Below, in pieces: positions 30,856 through 41,286 of a DNA stretch of 64,000 nucleotides (positions are counted from its first letter, which is position 1; every line of letters starts with the position of its first letter). The position numbers and the translations under genes are program-made. The notes under the pieces are model-generated. The model did no database searches. It saw only the letters and a program-made list of their open reading frames with translations, and was not told where the DNA came from. Source of the DNA: a virus; the IMG/VR virus record IMGVR_UViG_3300042945_001689, positions 1 to 64,000 of that record. One strand, given 5' to 3'.

Positions 30856-30859
30856 ACTC

Positions 30860-31540
30860 TTATTCTACCCCAATTGTTGCATTCAATATCCAATTATATC
30901 CTGTTTGTATTCCTTTTGATTTGCCTTGCTTAGATCCTGCTTTAAAATTATTCTTATAGGCTTTTGGACTTTCTAAATAGTCAATAAGGCCACTAGATCT
31001 TAAAAATATCTGACTAAAATATGATCTAAAAAATGAATCAAAAACTTTTTCATATGACCCCTGAACTTGATCTCCTCCAGGATTTTCTACTGTAACTGGT
31101 TGTTTGGTAAACACCTGTTCTCCATTGTCTTCAAATGCAAGAACACTTTTATTTTTAGGTCTAATGGTTACTGGAATTCCATTTTCCATTATTCTAGCCT
31201 TGTCATAAAACGGAACAGAGGATCCACTTTTTCTTGATCTTGACTGAGTAAAGGTAGAATTAAAAGAAATTCCAATATCATTTACAATATACTTAATTTC
31301 ATATAGTCTTGCTGATGGGCTTGCAATTCTATCCCACTCATAAATATGATGTAACGCCCCTGGACTCATTCTTGCATTAACATCAATATATTTTTTTAAA
31401 CCGTCTATAGTTCCTTTTGCTAAATTTGTCATAAATCTTGACTCACCCAATTTTGTTCCATCAATAAATCCTATTGAATAATCAACAACATTAAGCATAG
31501 TTTTTTCAAACTTTAAAGAATTTAATCTTGTTGTTATCAT
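30860..31540 (-). CDS. Probable neck / tail completion protein
   Basis: Basic protein with IMENG..VTIRPK..VLAF...V.NPG; position in head-tail block. Confidence 0.5.
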   Translation of the reverse strand: MITTRLNSLKFEKTMLNVVDYSIGFIDGTKLGESRFMTNLAKGTIDGLKKYIDVNARMSPGALHHIYEWDRIASPSARLYEIKYIVNDIGISFNSTFTQSRSRKSGSSVPFYDKARIMENGIPVTIRPKNKSVLAFEDNGEQVFTKQPVTVENPGGDQVQGSYEKVFDSFFRSYFSQIFLRSSGLIDYLESPKAYKNNFKAGSKQGKSKGIQTGYNWILNATIGVE

Positions 31541-31986
31541 TAATCATCAACGCCTTGATTTTCTGCTCGTCTAACAAGTATTTTATAGTATTCAATATTT
31601 CCAAATGGACCAGTGAATGGCTCAAGAGTTGCAATTTCAAATATTGTTCCACGATCTTCTCTAGCACCAGATGTTTCTTTATAAATAACTTCTCCAGAAC
31701 AGTTACGAACATTAGTAATTAAAATATTTGTAATTGAATTATTTGTTCCATCTTTTCCTATACGAATATCATTTTTAACTCTGCCAAGAAGCATGTTTTC
31801 GTACTGTACAAATATTTTTGGTTTTACCTCTTCTTCAAATGCTGAGCCTACTGGATTTAAACTAATTACGATAGTTCTGTCAAATCCCCAGTCTTTTTTT
31901 ATTTGACCATAAACATCTTGTTCAACAATGGGATGATATATATCTGCAATCATTGGGTACATAAAATCTATTTCGTTGCATGACAT
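31540..31986 (-). CDS. Probable head closure (stopper) protein
   Basis: 148 aa; EQDVYGQIKKDW; follows the adaptor gene. Confidence 0.55.
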   Translation of the reverse strand: MSCNEIDFMYPMIADIYHPIVEQDVYGQIKKDWGFDRTIVISLNPVGSAFEEEVKPKIFVQYENMLLGRVKNDIRIGKDGTNNSITNILITNVRNCSGEVIYKETSGAREDRGTIFEIATLEPFTGPFGNIEYYKILVRRAENQGVDD

Positions 31987-32900
31987 TACAATACCCCAGG
32001 AACAATAATGTTACTCGCATATCTCTCAAGAATCTTATCAACAATAAGGTTTCCAGTACCAGCAAACAGGGTCTTATCAAACTGAATTCTAAATTGATCT
32101 GTATTATATGCAGAGGCATACCTCTTAAAATAATCTAACTTTCCACACTTAATGTCATCCATTAACATTAATGTTGCTTCTTTTATATCTGTAGGAACAA
32201 CCTTATATCCTGCTTCTACCACAAACGTATAGTCTGAACCCTTAGAAAATGTATTGCCCCAGCCAATTGGACCAAGCCAGTCTGATTGTGCAGTAGGCAG
32301 CATAAGCGGTGCTTGATCTGCTCTATTGTAAGCACCTGTAATTTCTTGAATAATAGCAGTTTTGTTGTCACTTAATTTATAAGTAACTCCAAAAATTGCT
32401 GGCTCTGCCAAGGAAGAGTCATACCAAAGTTCGTTGTTTTGATATACCTTCAATACTTTACGTGCTCTATGTTTGATTGGAGCATAGTCTGTGTTAAGAC
32501 CAGTATGCTCTATTGTTTCAGTTTTATAATAAAATCCACCAGTAATAGCATCAATAATTAATCTTGCTGTTAATTCTCTTTGAGTAATTTCCGCTATTTC
32601 TGTTGCTGTTGTGCCAAGGCTTGCTGGATCAACATACGGCCTTGTAATTTGAAGCATATCTTCTACAACAACATCTTCATCAACCTCTTGAATTCTTAAC
32701 GCATAAACTTTATCGTATAAATGCCACTCATCTGTTTCAAACGCATAGTTTATTTTTTTGCCTGTTGTTGATGTTATTCTTTCTTCTAAAATAACTACAT
32801 CTCTATCTTCGTCTTCAATAATCAAATCATATGCTGTAGATGCTGCTGGTACATCATAGGAAATGCTTAACGGGTAAGGGGGAAGACGAAGTATTTTCAT
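31986..32900 (-). CDS. Head-tail adaptor/connector protein
   Basis: ARLIIDAITG...AGYKVVPTDIKEATLML...VDKILERY. Confidence 0.7.
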   Translation of the reverse strand: MKILRLPPYPLSISYDVPAASTAYDLIIEDEDRDVVILEERITSTTGKKINYAFETDEWHLYDKVYALRIQEVDEDVVVEDMLQITRPYVDPASLGTTATEIAEITQRELTARLIIDAITGGFYYKTETIEHTGLNTDYAPIKHRARKVLKVYQNNELWYDSSLAEPAIFGVTYKLSDNKTAIIQEITGAYNRADQAPLMLPTAQSDWLGPIGWGNTFSKGSDYTFVVEAGYKVVPTDIKEATLMLMDDIKCGKLDYFKRYASAYNTDQFRIQFDKTLFAGTGNLIVDKILERYASNIIVPGVL

Positions 32901-33112
32901 TTATTTTTGCCGTAATATTTTGCTAATTCAACGGCGCTAACCTCTCGTACAGACTTAGATTGTAAAAATACCTCTAAATTTCCTTTATCAATAATAGAAA
33001 ATCCTTGATCAACATGTCCATATCCTTCAAAATATAAATTCTTTTCAGAATAAATGACTGTTTGATCATTAACATCAGCCTTTGATGTTACCTTTTTGTT
33101 TGTAGTTGCCAT
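32897..33112 (-). CDS. Small hypothetical protein after capsid gene
   Basis: 71-aa ORF with SD AAGGAG and its own TGCTATAAT. Confidence 0.65.
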   Translation of the reverse strand: MATTNKKVTSKADVNDQTVIYSEKNLYFEGYGHVDQGFSIIDKGNLEVFLQSKSVREVSAVELAKYYGKNK

Positions 33113-33158
33113 GTGTTACGCTCCTTAATAGTACCTTAATTATAGCAGATTGTTAAAA

Positions 33159-33184
33159 AGGGCAGAGGACGAATCCCCTGCCCT
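33159..33184 (-). terminator. Intrinsic terminator after major capsid gene
   Basis: Minus strand AGGGCAGGGGA-TTCG-TCCTCTGCCCT-TTTT; UUCG tetraloop, one G-U pair. Confidence 0.85.
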
Positions 33185-33202
33185 AATTAATTTTTTTAGT
33201 GA

Positions 33203-34324
33203 TTAGGAAGCAGCAATGTCCTTATAGGCAATTGCATCTTCTTCTTCAATCTGGATACCGAAACGGACAAACACTGTGTATTCGATAGTATCTTTCTTTG
33301 GTTGATACTGACGGTTTACAGTGATATCGCGTTGGAAGCCCCAGATACGGTTTGCTGGGAATGTCAAATCGACATAATCTGCTGGATAGTAAGGAACTTC
33401 CATTACGTCAATGCCGAGTACACGAGTGGTACGAGCATTGCCAATAACCTGTCCTTGACCATCAAGATACGCTTGACGATTTGCTTGTGTGCTACCTGTA
33501 CGGCTTGAAAAAGCCTCAGAAATAGCATCAGCAAGTGTACCGTTGTTGCGAACAATGCTCTGGAACACATCTGTACCTGCATAAAACTTAAGATTATTCT
33601 TAAGTGCACGATACTTACGTGGCATTGCATTGATAATACCCTGCATAACTGGAGTTGTCCAGTTATCGGATGTAACTGCTGGAAGCACAGAATCGTGTGC
33701 ATCTCCATTAGTTGTAATTAAGTGGTGGAAACCTTCCATGATTGACAAGAAGTTTCCTGTTGAACCATCTCCGTTGATAGCCAAATCTTCGATATCATTA
33801 CCGAATGCATTGGTCATCAAACGAACAAGATGATCTTCAAGTGCTGCACCTTCAACGTTATCTTCAAGTGCTTCTGTAGTAACTTCCCAATCAAGACGAA
33901 TCTTCTTGGTTGTTAATTCTACCTTAGTAAATGTTGCACCTGTGTTAGCAAAAGCACCATCTCCTTGAGCAGCAGCGCGAAGAACACGCTCACCAACGTT
34001 AACTTTTTCAAGTTCCATTGTGTTGGCTCGCATAGTAACTCTACGGCCATCCTTAGCGAGAACTGTAGCATCCCAGACATAATCAATAAATTGACGTGCC
34101 TGTTCTGGTCTCAGAATTCCACTAGCAGCAGATCCCGAAGGATTTACAGCGTTTGCACCAGTTGTTACACCGAATTGTGCGGTTGGGATGTTACCCAAGG
34201 TGCTTGCACCTGGAGTAGAAACACCACCGATTCCACCAGAAGCAAAGCCACCATCCGCGTTATATAAACCCGAGTCTGATGCGCCTGCGCTACCTGGTTG
34301 ATTCTTAATAATTTCTTCTGACAT
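33203..34324 (-). CDS. Major capsid protein (HK97 fold)
   Basis: GILRPEQARQFID...VELTTKKIRLDWEVTTEALEDNVEG...DIEDLAINGD; SD AGGAGGTG; follows protease/scaffold. Confidence 0.92.
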   Translation of the reverse strand: MSEEIIKNQPGSAGASDSGLYNADGGFASGGIGGVSTPGASTLGNIPTAQFGVTTGANAVNPSGSAASGILRPEQARQFIDYVWDATVLAKDGRRVTMRANTMELEKVNVGERVLRAAAQGDGAFANTGATFTKVELTTKKIRLDWEVTTEALEDNVEGAALEDHLVRLMTNAFGNDIEDLAINGDGSTGNFLSIMEGFHHLITTNGDAHDSVLPAVTSDNWTTPVMQGIINAMPRKYRALKNNLKFYAGTDVFQSIVRNNGTLADAISEAFSSRTGSTQANRQAYLDGQGQVIGNARTTRVLGIDVMEVPYYPADYVDLTFPANRIWGFQRDITVNRQYQPKKDTIEYTVFVRFGIQIEEEDAIAYKDIAAS

Positions 34325-34349
34325 ATTGTTCACCTCCTAGTGAATTTCC

Positions 34350-35642
34350 TTACTTAAATAGGTCGGTTGCGAGGAAACGACCGCCCCATAAGGATTTCTG
34401 AACCATTTCTGGTTCCTGTACGATTTCGCCTAGATCGCCAGATTTGCGGAAAGCAGTGTCTTGCTCTACAGCATCGACTCTCTTTCCAAACTCAGCATTA
34501 CTTTCTTTGACGTTCTTAACCTCTTTAGATACGTCTGTAATGGACTTGCTTAATTCAGCAACTTGAGTCTGGACCATCTTCATGGTCTCTTCATTCAAGG
34601 ACTTAATAGTTGCTGCTAGATCGCCAAAGGCACTCGCAAGAGTTTCTTTAATTTCGGCAACTGCATTGACTACCACCTCGTCAGATTTTACAATCTCTTC
34701 AGTTGCTTTTGCAACTTCATCTGACTTAGCAAGTTCAGTCTCAACAACTGCTTCGGCTGCCTCAGTTGTTTCAGCAACAATTGCTTCTTCAACTTCAACA
34801 CTCTTGGTAACAGTTTCAACATCTGTTGCCTTTGGAGCGACCTCAACATCTTCAACAACTTCTGTTGTTTCATTTGTCATAGGACTTACCTCCTTTTGAA
34901 TCTCAGTTGGACTAATACCTTTGGCACTATCAACTAAGAACTTTATCATGTTTGTTTTTTCATCATCATTTTTCTCAACAAAACCTATATTTTTCATTGC
35001 TTGTCCAGAAGTGGGGCTAACTTCTGTTTCATTTTCTGAAACCATAACAAGGCCAGACTCTTTGTCCCAAAATACGTTTTCTACAACAATATCTGCTGCA
35101 GAACCCTTAAAAACATTTATCCCATCTACTTTTTCAATAGAAATAATGCTTGCAAATTGATTTGCTGGGTTATCAACAAGTGAAAGTTCTATAAGATCAT
35201 AGTCTTTAATAATTCTAATTGGCTTATCCATTTTCTCATCATAGCCATCATCCCACTTATTCATTCTTCCGCCAATTGAAAAACCTGTATATGTTCCATC
35301 CAATACTTTCTCCCACGCATTTTGTGCGCCTTTTGATACATATGCAGAAACAAAAACACCAGAATAAAACTTCTTTGACTCTGGATCAAAATATTTATCT
35401 TCTTTAAATGCCACCATTTTGCCTACTGCAGATGGCTGATGCATTTCACGGATGTTCCCTCTAAACTGAGAAAAAGCCTTTAAACTAGCGTCATTTGTTA
35501 CAATATCGTTTTGTACATCAAGATTGTCAAGTGTTGCAAAACCTGATACAATTCTACGTTCCTTATCAACTTTAGCAAAAGGCATTGACAACCTTACGTT
35601 GTCTCCTTGTGTTGACCAGTGGGCTTTATTTATGATACTCAT
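34350..35642 (-). CDS. Prohead protease fused to scaffold
   Basis: RIVSGFA..D.QND...REMH...GFSIGG...ELSLVDNPAN; acidic coiled-coil C-half. Confidence 0.88.
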   Translation of the reverse strand: MSIINKAHWSTQGDNVRLSMPFAKVDKERRIVSGFATLDNLDVQNDIVTNDASLKAFSQFRGNIREMHQPSAVGKMVAFKEDKYFDPESKKFYSGVFVSAYVSKGAQNAWEKVLDGTYTGFSIGGRMNKWDDGYDEKMDKPIRIIKDYDLIELSLVDNPANQFASIISIEKVDGINVFKGSAADIVVENVFWDKESGLVMVSENETEVSPTSGQAMKNIGFVEKNDDEKTNMIKFLVDSAKGISPTEIQKEVSPMTNETTEVVEDVEVAPKATDVETVTKSVEVEEAIVAETTEAAEAVVETELAKSDEVAKATEEIVKSDEVVVNAVAEIKETLASAFGDLAATIKSLNEETMKMVQTQVAELSKSITDVSKEVKNVKESNAEFGKRVDAVEQDTAFRKSGDLGEIVQEPEMVQKSLWGGRFLATDLFK

Positions 35643-35651
35643 ATCACATCC

Positions 35652-35660
35652 ATTATATCA
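35652..35660 (-). promoter_or_regulatory. Extended -10 promoter of protease/capsid genes
   Basis: TGATATAAT 9 nt before ATG 35642. Confidence 0.65.
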
Positions 35661-35683
35661 ACTATTTTATCAGTTTGTTGATA

Positions 35684-37285
35684 TTATGTGGAAGACCTTC
35701 CCTCTCCTTGTGGATTACGTCCAGAAATTGTGGATGGAGAGTCTGAATTGTTATTTGTTCTTTGAGAGTCTCTTTCTCTATTTCCAGAAAGATTTGCTCT
35801 AGCATCTGTTGCTTGTCTTGCAGACATCTCAAATGGTGCATCTCCATCTGGTCTTTGTGGCAAGCCAATAGCCTCTCTAGCCTCGTTTGGCATCATAACC
35901 TGAGTCTTAACATATCTTTCTAGAATCTGAGATTGTGCAATTTCATCAGTTAATGTAAGTTCATTAAACTTAAGTTCAAGAATATCTGTTTTTTCACGAA
36001 CAACTTTGTTAATAAGTTTTTCTAATTCTTGTTGTGCTGGTCTAGCAACCTGCTCTTTGAATGTTCTATCTTGTGATAAAGCAGCAGCAATTGATCCACT
36101 ATCTGATCCACCCAGTTTAGAAATGGGCACTTGATGAGCAATCAAAATGTCATCACGATTTCTAATTCTATATTCATTAAATGAAGCCTCTTGAATTCCA
36201 TTTTCAATTGGATCCATTTTAAACTCAACTTTATTATTTTCACTATCTCCAGGAAGTGGGATATAAAGCGTTCTATGTGATTGTGATTTTAATCCAGTTT
36301 GTAAGAACCTAAACATCTTATCTTCTGCGTCTGCGCTTAATTTTGCACCCTTAAGAGTAATTATGTATCTAGGAACTGCCTTATTTTCAAAATAATCAAT
36401 GTTATATTGTGTTGCTAGTTGATCTCCAACAAGTGCTGGCAATGCAGCAATAATATCTGGTACACCATAATATGTGTTTAATGGTGAGTATTGTTTAAAG
36501 TGAATAATTTCATTTGGTCTACGATCTGTTGTAATTGGGTTTGGATTCTTTGCCCCAAAATTTCTAAAGTAAATTACAGATGGACCAATAATTTGAACAT
36601 AACCATCTCTTAGTCTGCGAACACGAATAGTTGTGGCTGGAATGTGTCCAATATACCCAATCTCTCCAGCAACAGTACGACCAATTTCTAGATATGCATT
36701 GCCAGTTGCTTGCATATCTACATAGATTTTTTCCATTGTTTTCGTAAAACTATCATCATCATTAAGGCCCTCTAGCCAATCTTTCATTTCAATCTTTGCA
36801 CGTTCAATACGCTTTCTTGCTCTACCCAAGGATGTCTCATCTTCAACATTTTCAAGTTTAAGCATTGTACGTGAACCAACGACAAAGTCATATCCAAGAC
36901 CAACAACATTTTCTACTTTTGCATCAATCGCTGCATGATTTGCAAAAGAAGTGTCATAATAATTTGCTAATTCATAAAGATTATATGGTGGTGTAATAAC
37001 ATCAAATAATCCGTAGCCATTTCTAATTACTGCACCAGGATTAATAGCCTTTGATCGTGCATCTTCAACACCTGCTGGACTTGAGTTTGCACTATTAAGA
37101 TATGCAGTTGCTGCTGTATCTGCCTTGCCTAAATTTCTTGATGTGCGTCTTTTAAAGTTTTGATCTAAATTTGCTAAACCCTTTAAATCATCCCAAGACT
37201 TTCCAAAAATATCGTTTTTCTTAAAGGTGTCATCTTTTTCTACTGGATCGCTAATTGAAGCGCCAATAATGTAATCTTCATTCAT
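35684..37285 (-). CDS. Portal protein
   Basis: GNAYLEI, NEIIHFK, YYGVPD, YFENKAVP, HQVP, PNEAR. Confidence 0.92.
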   Translation of the reverse strand: MNEDYIIGASISDPVEKDDTFKKNDIFGKSWDDLKGLANLDQNFKRRTSRNLGKADTAATAYLNSANSSPAGVEDARSKAINPGAVIRNGYGLFDVITPPYNLYELANYYDTSFANHAAIDAKVENVVGLGYDFVVGSRTMLKLENVEDETSLGRARKRIERAKIEMKDWLEGLNDDDSFTKTMEKIYVDMQATGNAYLEIGRTVAGEIGYIGHIPATTIRVRRLRDGYVQIIGPSVIYFRNFGAKNPNPITTDRRPNEIIHFKQYSPLNTYYGVPDIIAALPALVGDQLATQYNIDYFENKAVPRYIITLKGAKLSADAEDKMFRFLQTGLKSQSHRTLYIPLPGDSENNKVEFKMDPIENGIQEASFNEYRIRNRDDILIAHQVPISKLGGSDSGSIAAALSQDRTFKEQVARPAQQELEKLINKVVREKTDILELKFNELTLTDEIAQSQILERYVKTQVMMPNEAREAIGLPQRPDGDAPFEMSARQATDARANLSGNRERDSQRTNNNSDSPSTISGRNPQGEGRSST

Positions 37286-37650
37286 TATTCTTCACCATGT
37301 TCCTTTAATGTTTGCTGTGCATCATAAACTGCACCAAGATCGTTCATGTTTGGAATAAGACCTTCACGCATTCTTGATAGTTGCTCTGTATATTCCATCT
37401 CACTTACTCTTTTAATTCCTGCATGAAATTCTGCATGACCACCTTCACAGCCATAATATTCCGCTGATCTTCTTAACTCAGCCATTTTTTGTATATCGCC
37501 ACGCATTGATGGTATGTTAAGAAGGTTTCCATGACCATCTCCAAACGCCTTTCCATTAGGCTTCATCCAAATATAAATACCCCAGTCGTAACCTTTTTCA
37601 ATTACTTTGAGTTTAGTTTTACCAACTTTTTCTGGTTTTGAATTATTCAT
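37285..37650 (-). CDS. Hypothetical protein upstream of portal
   Basis: ATG at 37650 lies 7 nt after TGGTATACT; TAATG overlap with the portal gene. Confidence 0.7.
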   Translation of the reverse strand: MNNSKPEKVGKTKLKVIEKGYDWGIYIWMKPNGKAFGDGHGNLLNIPSMRGDIQKMAELRRSAEYYGCEGGHAEFHAGIKRVSEMEYTEQLSRMREGLIPNMNDLGAVYDAQQTLKEHGEE

Positions 37651-37657
37651 AACCACA

Positions 37658-37666
37658 AGTATACCA
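37658..37666 (-). promoter_or_regulatory. Extended -10 promoter, leaderless
   Basis: TGGTATACT 7 nt before ATG 37650. Confidence 0.65.
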
Positions 37667-37668
37667 TA

Positions 37669-40600
37669 TTATGCTGGGGTGACAATATATTCTTGCCAGG
37701 ATGTGTCCTGATATGCAGCAACGCTATTTGATACTATTCTAAAATCATTATTAAAATCATCTACGACAGTTGTTCTATTTCCAATATATGTCTTATAGAC
37801 TTCTGATGGATTAACAATATATCTAGAATCTCTAGACCTAATTAACATATTGTTCCAGTCTCCTTCATTTTCCCACCCCTGCCAACTAGCCTCTTCATCT
37901 TCAACTTCCTGCCAAGTTCTTAAAACAAGGCGTTGTACTACCTGCAAGGCTGTTCCTTGATAAAAAGAAATATTGTTAAACATCATCAAATATTTCAAAA
38001 CAATACTTCCAGAATAATTATCAAAATTTAAAGATGAGTTAAATGATATACCAAAAGAATACCATTGCTGAATATCAATAACTGGTTGACCAACTAATTT
38101 ACCATTTAAATAATATGACAAATCTGTAAAAATAGTACCAGATGACCTTAACTTGCTAAATATAACTCCTCGCTTTCCAGTTGATGAGTTTGACTGGATG
38201 TAGAAATCTAAAGAATCTCCTTTATAATTAACTTCAAATATCTTAACTGGATTTTCTGGAAATGCATAAAGGTCACATCTTGTAAACATTTGTATAGCAC
38301 TTAAAGAATATTTATCTATAAGTGTTGATGAAACTGGTATTGAAACTCCTCTTTCAATATCATTGATACCATTTCGTAATTCTAGACCACTCTTTCTTGT
38401 TAAATATAAATATGGAGTATTGTCTTTATCAATAATTAATGGATTTTTTCCTTTATGGCCAGTATAAAATCCAACTTTTTTAAATGGATAAAGATCTATT
38501 CCATATTTTGTTCCAATTGGTGTACTAGATGTATAGTTTAGCGTTCTTGCAGCAAACTCTAGTTTTCTCAAAAAAACTTTTTTCTTTAAAATACTTTTTA
38601 CTTTAAAGTTAACAAAATATATTAATGACATATTTTCTAAATTAACATTTTTATCTGGATATATTAAATAGCCATCCACTAACTCAAACTTTTTATCTGT
38701 CCATGATGTTGTATTTAAATCTAAAACTCTTGACTGGTTTGCAGAAACATCTGTATAATCTTCATCTGGTTTTGAATATCCATTCGATGTATAGTCAAAT
38801 GCTATGTAAGATCTGACAGATGCGTCTGATGTAGAATATGTATTTGATACAGAAGAATTAGTCCAATAGTTTTGTCCTGCTGCTGGGATATCTGATGGAG
38901 ACGGATAATCAATGTTAAACTGAACATAATCTAAATCACTAACTATATTATTTTCTGAGTTTGCTACTTGAGACATTAATGAGGATACTGGCAGATAATC
39001 TCTCCAGTATCCCGCCACTGAAATATCTAAAAAGAATTTACCGTATTCTTTAAATGGAGAGAGTGTATAACTTGCAATATGTGGTAGCAAAGAAGAATAG
39101 GCATTTATTGTTGCAGTACCATTAGAAGCAAAATGATGATCTATTTCTAAAGAATTTTTAATAGTTGATATTCCAAAAGTATAAATTCTACCAGTAAACT
39201 TGTTATCATCAAAATCATTGCCAACATACATTTTTAAAGATAATGAATTAGATAAAAATTGAGATAACCCTAATATATTATTGCTTAAAAGTTTACTAAA
39301 CTCAAAACCAGCAACAAACTCGTGTAATGGAATTACACCAGATGCAATTGTAGAAATTGTTCCATTATAACAAAAGACATAGTTAATACTTCCATTACTT
39401 GCAAGTCTTCTAACTTTTAAATAATTGTTGTTATCTTGAAATAAACAAATCAAAGTTTGATCTGTTGAAGAACTTGTAAACTCAAAAATACCATATATAG
39501 CATTAATTGGTGATTGAATAAAACTTAAATCATTAAAATAAATAGAAGAATTTACTGTATTCCATGTTGAGTTAGGATTAAGAGAGAAAAATGCTTCGCC
39601 ATCATCTTGTATTGCAAAACTATCTTCTTCTAACTCTGATAAAGTTTTTGTTCCTAAATTAAATGTTGGCAAACTATATTCTGGAGTTTTTAATGATGTA
39701 TCTGTTGCATTTAAATTATCGATGTCTGCTTGTTGCCACGATAGATTTAATGGGTATGTTTTATTATTATTATACTTAGAAACAGAGTAATCAATTTCTA
39801 CTGATGTACCTCCATAATAACTATCAATAACTTCAGAAGACAATGGAATGCCTTGTCCATAAACATAATGCGATTTAGCAACTAGTGTTGACATAGAATA
39901 TGGAAAGATAGAAAATGATCCCAAAATAATTGGATCTACAACATTATCTTTATATGCATAAAATCCAATCCAGTCATTGCTTTTATCATTTAATGTAAAT
40001 TCTTCTGGCAAAGTTAAATCTTTTGTAGTAAAAGATAATTGTCCAACTTCTTCTCCATTTACCAATAAAGTAGCAGAATCTTTAATAAGTCTAATATGAA
40101 CTAGCATTGGCCTAAACCATTCGCCAACGTAATGAGAAACAAAATTATTTCCAACTACTAGAGTTAAAAATGCATTTTCTACATATAAACCATCTGTAGA
40201 AGTAATTGGACCAAATATTCTTTTTGGTGTGGTTGCATTAGAATCTATATTAAGCCAACATTCTACTGTGTAATCTTGATTTCTACCCGCCTCGTTTAAA
40301 AATCCACAACCTGGAAAAATAATTGATGGTTTTGCACTAATAATAAATTCACTTTGATCAAGATCTCTTAAACTTTGCCATGTTTCGTTTTCTTCCCAAT
40401 ATGCCCAATCCTCTTCTGCAGTTTGATCCCATGACTGGGTAGTAAGCAATTCTTCATGTGGTATCAATTCTATAGAACCACTAGATCCAAAAACAAGTGG
40501 AATTGATCCATCCCTAGCAACAAGATTATTATTTGCTACAACATAGTATCCATTGCGATCTGAAAGACCATATGCATCTGCAACTACTACACCATCTAAA

Positions 40601-41268
40601 TTTAAATTTATAGAAGATGGTAAATTTATTTTTTGTTTACCTAATGATTCCGCATGGTATTCTTCACATAATTGTCCCATTGTTAGCCCATGCCAACTAA
40701 ACCGATAATCTGATGATGATGAGCCTGCTGTGCTTGTTGTTATTTTAACAAGAATATCAATTGCCTCATTTGTTACTCCAGCAGGTATGTCGAAAGTACC
40801 AGAGACAAAAAACCATCCTGTTTTTTCTTGTGTATTAGAAAAATTTAAATCTTTATATACTGTTGATCCACCAGAATACTTATAGCCAATAGAAAGTTTA
40901 GTTAGATGTCTGCTTTCTGAATAAACCCAGGCACCAATACAAAAAGTTTGAAGATTAATGTCAAGATCATCAAAACCTATAAAGCCTGGAGTTTCTAATA
41001 CTATTGGACTATTTTCATTTATAATTTCAACAGAAAGAATATCTTCTTCAGGAAATGGGTACGGAGACATTGATTTAATTACTGCAGATGCTGGAGAATA
41101 CGTTGTTACTGCATTTGTAACAGTCCAATCTTCGTACCCAGTAAATAAATCTGCTCTAACTGCATCACTAATCAAACTAATATAATCAGCACTATCGTCT
41201 AAATGCCAGATGGCAATAGGATGCTCTGCATATAGTTTTTCAGCATACAGATTTGATAAAACTGTCAT
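37669..41268 (-). CDS. Large virion protein with LamG/concanavalin-A-like domains
   Basis: AEHPIAIWHLDD start; YTVECWL...WFRPMLVH...LLVNGEEV; two Trp/acidic repeats (WDQ...WAYW...W). Confidence 0.6.
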   Translation of the reverse strand: MTVLSNLYAEKLYAEHPIAIWHLDDSADYISLISDAVRADLFTGYEDWTVTNAVTTYSPASAVIKSMSPYPFPEEDILSVEIINENSPIVLETPGFIGFDDLDINLQTFCIGAWVYSESRHLTKLSIGYKYSGGSTVYKDLNFSNTQEKTGWFFVSGTFDIPAGVTNEAIDILVKITTSTAGSSSSDYRFSWHGLTMGQLCEEYHAESLGKQKINLPSSINLNLDGVVVADAYGLSDRNGYYVVANNNLVARDGSIPLVFGSSGSIELIPHEELLTTQSWDQTAEEDWAYWEENETWQSLRDLDQSEFIISAKPSIIFPGCGFLNEAGRNQDYTVECWLNIDSNATTPKRIFGPITSTDGLYVENAFLTLVVGNNFVSHYVGEWFRPMLVHIRLIKDSATLLVNGEEVGQLSFTTKDLTLPEEFTLNDKSNDWIGFYAYKDNVVDPIILGSFSIFPYSMSTLVAKSHYVYGQGIPLSSEVIDSYYGGTSVEIDYSVSKYNNNKTYPLNLSWQQADIDNLNATDTSLKTPEYSLPTFNLGTKTLSELEEDSFAIQDDGEAFFSLNPNSTWNTVNSSIYFNDLSFIQSPINAIYGIFEFTSSSTDQTLICLFQDNNNYLKVRRLASNGSINYVFCYNGTISTIASGVIPLHEFVAGFEFSKLLSNNILGLSQFLSNSLSLKMYVGNDFDDNKFTGRIYTFGISTIKNSLEIDHHFASNGTATINAYSSLLPHIASYTLSPFKEYGKFFLDISVAGYWRDYLPVSSLMSQVANSENNIVSDLDYVQFNIDYPSPSDIPAAGQNYWTNSSVSNTYSTSDASVRSYIAFDYTSNGYSKPDEDYTDVSANQSRVLDLNTTSWTDKKFELVDGYLIYPDKNVNLENMSLIYFVNFKVKSILKKKVFLRKLEFAARTLNYTSSTPIGTKYGIDLYPFKKVGFYTGHKGKNPLIIDKDNTPYLYLTRKSGLELRNGINDIERGVSIPVSSTLIDKYSLSAIQMFTRCDLYAFPENPVKIFEVNYKGDSLDFYIQSNSSTGKRGVIFSKLRSSGTIFTDLSYYLNGKLVGQPVIDIQQWYSFGISFNSSLNFDNYSGSIVLKYLMMFNNISFYQGTALQVVQRLVLRTWQEVEDEEASWQGWENEGDWNNMLIRSRDSRYIVNPSEVYKTYIGNRTTVVDDFNNDFRIVSNSVAAYQDTSWQEYIVTPA

Positions 41269-41277
41269 AGTAGCCTA

Positions 41278-41286
41278 ATTATATCA
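41278..41286 (-). promoter_or_regulatory. Extended -10 promoter overlapping the nrdJ stop codon
   Basis: TGATATAAT 9 nt before ATG 41268. Confidence 0.6.

Noticed and set aside
35655-35684. 8-bp inverted repeat ATATCAAC/GTTGATAT over the protease promoter as an operator
   Set aside because: AT-rich and not seen at other promoters; could be chance or a weak terminator.
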